Below, piece after piece: positions 58,704 to 64,000 of a DNA stretch of 64,000 nt; position 1 is the stretch's first letter, and each line of letters starts with the position of its first letter. The notes under the pieces are model-generated. The model worked only from the letters and a program-made list of their open reading frames with translations. It was not told the origin of the DNA and ran no database searches. The stretch is taken from contig JBPOGF010000004.1 of NCBI GenBank assembly GCA_051251915.1, forward strand, positions 43,188 to 107,187, written 5' to 3'. The position numbers were made by a program, and so were the translations under genes. The stretch comes from Akkermansiaceae bacterium (GTDB lineage: Bacteria; Verrucomicrobiota; Verrucomicrobiia; Verrucomicrobiales; Akkermansiaceae).

Positions 58704-61382
58704 TTATGAGTTTCTAAAGAGGTCGCTTTTGATGATGTTTAGGATGAGGGTTTTTAGTCCGTCTCCGTTTTTGCGGGTTTGTGCGGTGATCTTTTCGATC
58801 TGGGCGTGGTCTGAGAAGTTGAGTGGTCTGCCGAGGGCGTAGCAGGCGAGTTTGTGGACCATGGCGCGGGCGAATTGGTCTTGTCGATTTTCTAGAAGAT
58901 AGCTTTTTAGTCCGTTGATGCCAACGATTTTTGTTTTGTCGACTAGGTAGCTTTGGGCGTCTACTGGTTTGCCGTTGATGTTATTTCTGAAGAGGCCGAC
59001 TGCGTCGTATTCTTCAAATACGATTCCCCAGGGGTCGATTTTGATGTGGCATGATGAGCAGGCTGGGTCGTTGCGGTGGTCTTCCATGCGTTCTTTGAGG
59101 GTCATTTTGAGGATGTTGGGGTCTGTGAGGTCGATCTCTGGGACGGCTGGTGGTGGTGGTGGTGGTGGGTCGTGGAGGATGTTTTCTAGGAGCCAGATGC
59201 CGCGTTTGAGTGGGTGGGAGTCGTTGCCATCTGAGTTCATGGCGAGGAGGCCGGGTTGGGTGAGGAGGCCGCCGCGGGTTGATTTTAGTTCTGGGGGGAG
59301 TTTGACTTTACGGAAGTGGTTTCCGTAGATGCCTGAGATGCCGTAGTGGTGGGCGAGGGTGGCGTCTAGGTAGGCGTGGTCTGAGTGGATGAAGTCGATA
59401 ATGGAGTGGTCATGGGTGAGCATGTCTTGGAACATGGCGACGGGCTCTTGTTGCATGGATTTCAGGGTGGAGGGGGAGAACTGGGGGTAAGTTTTTTTGT
59501 TTATTTCGAGTTGTTTTAGGAGGTCGAGGTTGAGCCATTGGTCGGTGAAGTGTTTTGTGAAGCGGTGGGCGCGTGGGTCTGCGAGCATGCGTTCTGCTTG
59601 GGCGGCTAGGGTGTGAGGGTCGCGGATTTTTCCTGATTTGGCGAGGTTTAGAAGTTCTTGATTTGGCTGGCTGGACCACAGGAAGTAGGAGAGGCGGGAT
59701 GCGAGTTCGTAGTCTGATGGTGAGTGGGCGGATTGTGAGATGTAGATGAAGTGGGGTGATGAGAGGATGGAGGCGATGACTTCTAGGATGGTTTCTTGGA
59801 AGTCGTTGTAGGCTGGGCGGATGGTTTGGAAGAGTTTGAGTTTGCGTGTGATTTCATCGTCGGTGACGGGGCGTCTCCATGCTTTTGGCATGAAGTGGGT
59901 GAGGATGGTGCGGGCTTGGTGGGTCTCTGATAGGGTTTTATTTTGTGTTGGGAAGATGGTTAGGTGTGATGCTGGGGGCCATTGTTGTTTGTAGGGTGCG
60001 ATGACTTCGATGTAGTCGATGATGACGTTGGCGTTTTCTTCATTTTCTCCTTGGTAGGAGTTGGTGATTTGGAAATACTCGGCTGGGTTTGGGCGTGCTT
60101 CTGGGCTGGCGGTTCTGAGGTATGGGTTGCGCTCTAGGGCGTCTAGGGGGATGGTCCACTCGTAGAATTCGGGTTTTTCTGGTGGTGCTGTGATGGCGAT
60201 TTGTTTGGCATTTACTTGGTATTCGGAGTCTGAGTTGTTGTTGGGTTTGTGGCCGAACTGGAGTGAGACGCTGGGGTTGTCTGGGTTGTTTGCTATGGCT
60301 TGGTGGGCGCGGAAGCGGATGCGGATGGAGCCTCTGTCTGGAAGTGTGTTTCCAAGCCAGATTTTATGTGCGTTGTCTGCTGGGATGATGAGGATGTGGG
60401 GTTGGAGGTCTGGAGGGGTGGTGGGGAGTTCTGTGACGGGGCTCCAGGGGCTGAATCCGTAGGGGATTTTGTAGCTCCAGCCTTTGCCTGTTTTTTTGTT
60501 GTAGAAGTGGGTTCTGGTGGATCTGAATTTGTCGCCATTTTTTTGTTCGCGAGCGTCTTGGTAGAGGGATTTGAAGTTGCCATCGATGGCGTTATCGAGG
60601 ATGAGGACTTTTTTACGTTCTTGGAAGTAGTCTGATCTTTCTTTTGCCCAGTTGATGAGTTGTTCGCCGCCTTTTTCCATGGTCATGGAGAAGTAGGTGG
60701 GGGTTGGAGCGTCGCCTATAATGGTGGCGGCTTGGAGGGCTTGGCGGGCGATGTCTCGGTAGATGGAGAATTGTTGTGAGGTCATTTGGAGGCGTTCGGA
60801 GCTGTTGCGGAAGCCGTCTTCTGAGGGGGTTTCTGGGGGGAGGTTTTGGGAAAAGTCGTGTGGGAGGTGGAGGAGGTCTTGTAGTGCGTAGCTGTATTCG
60901 TAGCGGGTCATGCGGCGGAAAGAGGTGTGTCCGCCTTGGCTGCGTTTTACTTGTGAGGCGATGAGGACTTGGCCGGAGAGCCAGTCGATGAGTTTGCCGC
61001 GGTTTTGAGGGGAGATGTCTACGTCTTTTTCCTCTGGGGGCATTTCGTTGTTAGAGAGGACTTCGATGACTTCAAGCCAGTAGTCGGCATCGTGGCCGTT
61101 GATGAGGTCTGGGTTTAGTTCGTCTAGACGGAGGTCGCCTTTTTGTTTGTCTGGGCCGTGGCAGGGGTAGCAGGATTCTTTTAAGATGGGGGCGATTTGT
61201 GTTTGGAAGCCTTTGAGGTCTGGTTTGGTTTGGGTGGAGTGTGGGGTGACTTGTTGTTTGAGGTATTTTGAGGATTGGGTGCCGAGTTTTTTTAGTTCGT
61301 TGAGGACGGGGTGTTCGGTAGCGCTTACAGAGAGTGTAAGGGCTAGGAATGCGAGAATGATTTTGAATACTGGTGGTTTCAT
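58704..61382 (-). CDS. DUF1592-type protein with planctomycete cytochrome c domain
   Basis: CYPCHG..KQKG.LRLD, RRMTR.EY, LASRLSYFLWSS.P, RGGLL, HPLKRG.W, CSSCH.KIDP.G. Confidence 0.9.
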   Translation of the reverse strand: MKPPVFKIILAFLALTLSVSATEHPVLNELKKLGTQSSKYLKQQVTPHSTQTKPDLKGFQTQIAPILKESCYPCHGPDKQKGDLRLDELNPDLINGHDADYWLEVIEVLSNNEMPPEEKDVDISPQNRGKLIDWLSGQVLIASQVKRSQGGHTSFRRMTRYEYSYALQDLLHLPHDFSQNLPPETPSEDGFRNSSERLQMTSQQFSIYRDIARQALQAATIIGDAPTPTYFSMTMEKGGEQLINWAKERSDYFQERKKVLILDNAIDGNFKSLYQDAREQKNGDKFRSTRTHFYNKKTGKGWSYKIPYGFSPWSPVTELPTTPPDLQPHILIIPADNAHKIWLGNTLPDRGSIRIRFRAHQAIANNPDNPSVSLQFGHKPNNNSDSEYQVNAKQIAITAPPEKPEFYEWTIPLDALERNPYLRTASPEARPNPAEYFQITNSYQGENEENANVIIDYIEVIAPYKQQWPPASHLTIFPTQNKTLSETHQARTILTHFMPKAWRRPVTDDEITRKLKLFQTIRPAYNDFQETILEVIASILSSPHFIYISQSAHSPSDYELASRLSYFLWSSQPNQELLNLAKSGKIRDPHTLAAQAERMLADPRAHRFTKHFTDQWLNLDLLKQLEINKKTYPQFSPSTLKSMQQEPVAMFQDMLTHDHSIIDFIHSDHAYLDATLAHHYGISGIYGNHFRKVKLPPELKSTRGGLLTQPGLLAMNSDGNDSHPLKRGIWLLENILHDPPPPPPPAVPEIDLTDPNILKMTLKERMEDHRNDPACSSCHIKIDPWGIVFEEYDAVGLFRNNINGKPVDAQSYLVDKTKIVGINGLKSYLLENRQDQFARAMVHKLACYALGRPLNFSDHAQIEKITAQTRKNGDGLKTLILNIIKSDLFRNS

Positions 61383-61564
61383 TTTATGGAATGATATGAT
61401 TCTAGATGTTTACGTCTATGAAAAAGAGTAACTTGCATTTCTGGGGTGACTACTAGAGATTATTTATCACGAGTTTTTGAGAATGGTGTATGATGAAGTT
61501 TTTTTTAACCGAACATGTTCTATTGATAGACAAGTGATTCATGATTTATAGAATAGCGATTGTG

Positions 61565-62287
61565 ATGAAGAATTTATCTCTGTTTGTTTTACTGATGTCG
61601 ATTTTGACTGGGAGTGTGGTTGGGAAGAGTGTGGTTGGGAAAGAAGGTGTGATCTTGTTGCATGGGCTTTGCAGGTCATCGTCTAGTATGGAGAAGATGG
61701 CTAGGGAGCTACGGCGATCTGGGTTTGTGGTGGAGAATGTGGCTTATGCTTCTCGATCAGCTAAGATTAGAGAACTGGCTGAAGTAGCTATTGGATCTGC
61801 TCTGCAAAGTGAGAGCATCCGGTCTTGTTCGAAGGTTCATTTTGTCACTCATTCTTTGGGAGGAATTTTGGTGAGAAGCTATTTGGACGAGAAGGAGATT
61901 AAGCGATTAGGTCGGGTTGTGATGTTGTCTCCGCCAAATCAAGGGAGTGAGGTAGTGGATAAATTGGGTTCGTGGAAGGTGTTTCGGGCGATTAATGGTC
62001 CTGCTGGTGGTGAGTTGGGGACTGGTGTGAATTCGGTTCCGAATCAGTTGGGGAGAATTAATTTTGAATGCGGAGTGATTACGGGTGATCGGTCGATTAA
62101 CTGGATCAATAGTCTGATGATTCCGGGTAAGGATGATGGGAAGGTGTCTGTTGTAAGATCCAATACTTTAGGTGTGAAAGAGCATAGAGTGATGCATGTT
62201 ACCCATCCTTATATTATGAAGAATAAAAAGGTGATTTTAGAGGTTGTGCATTTTTTGGTGAATGGGGAATTTATTGTGGTGGAGTAG
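61565..62287 (+). CDS. Exported alpha/beta hydrolase (lipase/esterase-like)
   Basis: LLHGL, THSLGG nucleophile elbow, PPNQGSE, DDGKV, H. Start at 61565 or 61541. Confidence 0.88.
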   Translation: MKNLSLFVLLMSILTGSVVGKSVVGKEGVILLHGLCRSSSSMEKMARELRRSGFVVENVAYASRSAKIRELAEVAIGSALQSESIRSCSKVHFVTHSLGGILVRSYLDEKEIKRLGRVVMLSPPNQGSEVVDKLGSWKVFRAINGPAGGELGTGVNSVPNQLGRINFECGVITGDRSINWINSLMIPGKDDGKVSVVRSNTLGVKEHRVMHVTHPYIMKNKKVILEVVHFLVNGEFIVVE

Positions 62288-62418
62288 TTTTTTATTATAT
62301 CTATGAAGATAGAATTCTTGTTGATATTGTAAGTGTTGGGCAAAGGAGGGGTATTTATGAGTAGAGGGGGAGTGACCAGGCTTAGCTTTGTAGTAAGTTG
62401 TGTCTGGTACCAGATTTC

Positions 62419-63294
62419 TTAGTGCTTGAGGCTTTTTATCCAAGCGATGTCGTTGGGATGAAGGTAGGAGGGGTTATTGTTTTTGACTCGGATTGCGTAG
62501 ATGGTGGTGATGGCTTCTGCTGCGATGAGGATTTGTTTTACTTGTTGGAGATCATCCCATAGGTCTAGGCTTTCAGTGAGTGGGTCGTGATTTGGATCGC
62601 TGGTGTGGAGGGATTTTTGGAGTAGTTGAAGTGCTGGGTTAATAGTGATTTCTGGAGCTAACTGCTGTACTTCTTGTTCTGCTGTTTTGTTAGCCTCTTT
62701 CTCAGCAGATTTTTGTTTTCTGTTTTTTAGGAAGCTGGAAAAGTGATCTAGTCCGCTGGAGGTGAGTTTGGAGCTGAGTGAAGGGAGTAGGGCTTTGGCT
62801 GCGATGCCGACTCCTAGTAGAGGGTTGGCTACTGCGACTATTCCGCCGATGACGAGTAGACCGTTGGTGATGGTGTTGGTTTTCTGGTCGATCTCTTCGG
62901 CGATGATGTCGAGTCGGTGGGCGGTGGTGGAGTGGGTGTCTAGTTCTTTGAGTTTGTTTTGGCTGATTTGTTGTTTGAGTAGGTGTTCTAGTTTTTCTAG
63001 TGATTCGTTGTTGGGGAGCTGGAAGATTCGTTTTTTTGTTAGGTTGTTTTGTGTGCTGTGACCTTCTGGGAGGACGCGTTTGGTGTAGAGCGAGAATCCG
63101 GCTTCTGTTTCTCGATCTGGAACTAGAAGGTAATGTGTTTCATCATAGAGTTGATTTTCTGTGATGAGTGCTTCTGATGAGGTGAAGAGGTTTAGGTCGC
63201 CTAGCAGGCCTTTGAAATAGCTTGTGCCGTCCTCGGTAATGGCTCCGACTTTATTTAGGAAGTCGGTGAGATTAGTTTTTAGTGAGTTGAGCAT
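62419..63294 (-). CDS. Hypothetical protein
   Basis: Long ORF with minus-strand codon style and a central hydrophobic segment (LLVIGGIVAVANPLLGVGIA). Start placed at ATG 63294. Confidence 0.7.
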   Translation of the reverse strand: MLNSLKTNLTDFLNKVGAITEDGTSYFKGLLGDLNLFTSSEALITENQLYDETHYLLVPDRETEAGFSLYTKRVLPEGHSTQNNLTKKRIFQLPNNESLEKLEHLLKQQISQNKLKELDTHSTTAHRLDIIAEEIDQKTNTITNGLLVIGGIVAVANPLLGVGIAAKALLPSLSSKLTSSGLDHFSSFLKNRKQKSAEKEANKTAEQEVQQLAPEITINPALQLLQKSLHTSDPNHDPLTESLDLWDDLQQVKQILIAAEAITTIYAIRVKNNNPSYLHPNDIAWIKSLKH

Positions 63295-63383
63295 GATGGC
63301 TTCTGGTAGTTGTAATATTGTGCATTCAACCATCTGTTCTTGGAGGTTACAAGCGTATACCGGAGAGCGTAGAATCATCAATC

Positions 63384-63584
63384 ATGGAGGTTGACTGGGT
63401 GGGAGAGGGTGGGCGATTTTTGATGGAGGGGGTGGAGGAGTGGGCTAGGAAGAATGGTTGTGCGTTTAATACAGTGGCTACTCGTAGGGCGGGGGCATTT
63501 TATGAGGCTATTAATTATGATGGGAGTGCGGGGGATAAAAAAAAGCTATCACCGTATGGCGATAGCTTTAGATTATTTAAATGA
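63384..63584 (+). pseudogene. Probable GNAT acetyltransferase C-terminal remnant
   Basis: GEGGRFLMEGVEEWARKNGC..TVATRRAGAFYEAINY resembles GNAT motifs A/B. No N-terminal half is present upstream. Confidence 0.55.
63537..63569 (-). terminator. Intrinsic terminator after the lipoprotein gene
   Basis: AAAGCTATC-accgtatggc-GATAGCTTT with an 8-A run on the + strand. Confidence 0.75.
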
Positions 63585-63596
63585 TTAAATTAACGA

Positions 63597-63911
63597 CTAT
63601 TTTCCACTTCCGATATCGGTTGCCGTATTCAATAATTTATCTTTAGCTGCTTTAAGTCGCTCTTTTTGATCATCAGAGAGTGAATCTTCGTCTTTCAGGT
63701 CGACTCCTAGCTCTTCTGCTTTTTTCTTAAGTTCTTTCCCTTCTTTCATTAGCTCCATTAGTTTCGCTGCGTCTCCTTCTTTCATGGCTGCCGCCGTTTT
63801 TTCCATTATTTCGATAGATTCATCGACTAATTGATCTTTGGGGTTTTCTCCGCATGAACTGAAGATAAATGCTGATAAAGCGACGAGTAGAATATTAAGT
63901 ATTTTTTTCAT
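63597..63911 (-). CDS. Small helical lipoprotein
   Basis: MKKILNILLVALSAFIFSSC lipobox and a Lys/Glu-rich helical body. Start placed at ATG 63911. Confidence 0.8.
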   Translation of the reverse strand: MKKILNILLVALSAFIFSSCGENPKDQLVDESIEIMEKTAAAMKEGDAAKLMELMKEGKELKKKAEELGVDLKDEDSLSDDQKERLKAAKDKLLNTATDIGSGK

Positions 63912-64000
63912 AGTGTAGTATGGTTTATTCCCCTTGTATGAGGTAACTGTGAAGAAGCTTAATGAAACTGCTGTAGATGGGAATAAAATAGTTAGCATAA

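Overview
A 64-kb bacterial chromosomal segment. PVC-type gene families (DUF1552/DUF1592 pair, heme-CxxCH dehydrogenase, sulfatases) and a short AtpH suggest Verrucomicrobiota; this is inference. Core genes: leuS, argH, the atpBEFHAGDC operon, serS, tcdA, an RhlE-like helicase, queD, sodA, a PfkA-family kinase and a phosphomannomutase/phosphoglucomutase. Accessory genes: Fic, Uma2, a PLD-family protein, a BlaI/M56 pair, crcB, a metal ABC ATPase plus permease, GH2, two sulfatases and VIT1. The best candidate for an undescribed system is 14042-22796: three tightly coupled ClpA-like double-AAA+ paralogues. All three have a duplicated HicB-like N-terminal module (by eye), a degenerate first ring, no GYVG pore loop and an IGF/MGF ClpP-docking motif. 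Two carry a C-terminal region resembling class I release factor domains 2/4 with no GGQ. The block is flanked by a Uma2 nuclease and a Fic gene preceded by three palindromic repeats. Other signals: a G-rich 15-bp tandem array next to a probable decayed PEP-CTERM gene, perfect operator-like palindromes, dispersed heptamer and 9-10-bp repeats, and very strong G>C skew on the + strand. I saw no tRNA, rRNA, cas gene, integrase or transposase. All family assignments come from motif recognition by eye; no database searches were run.
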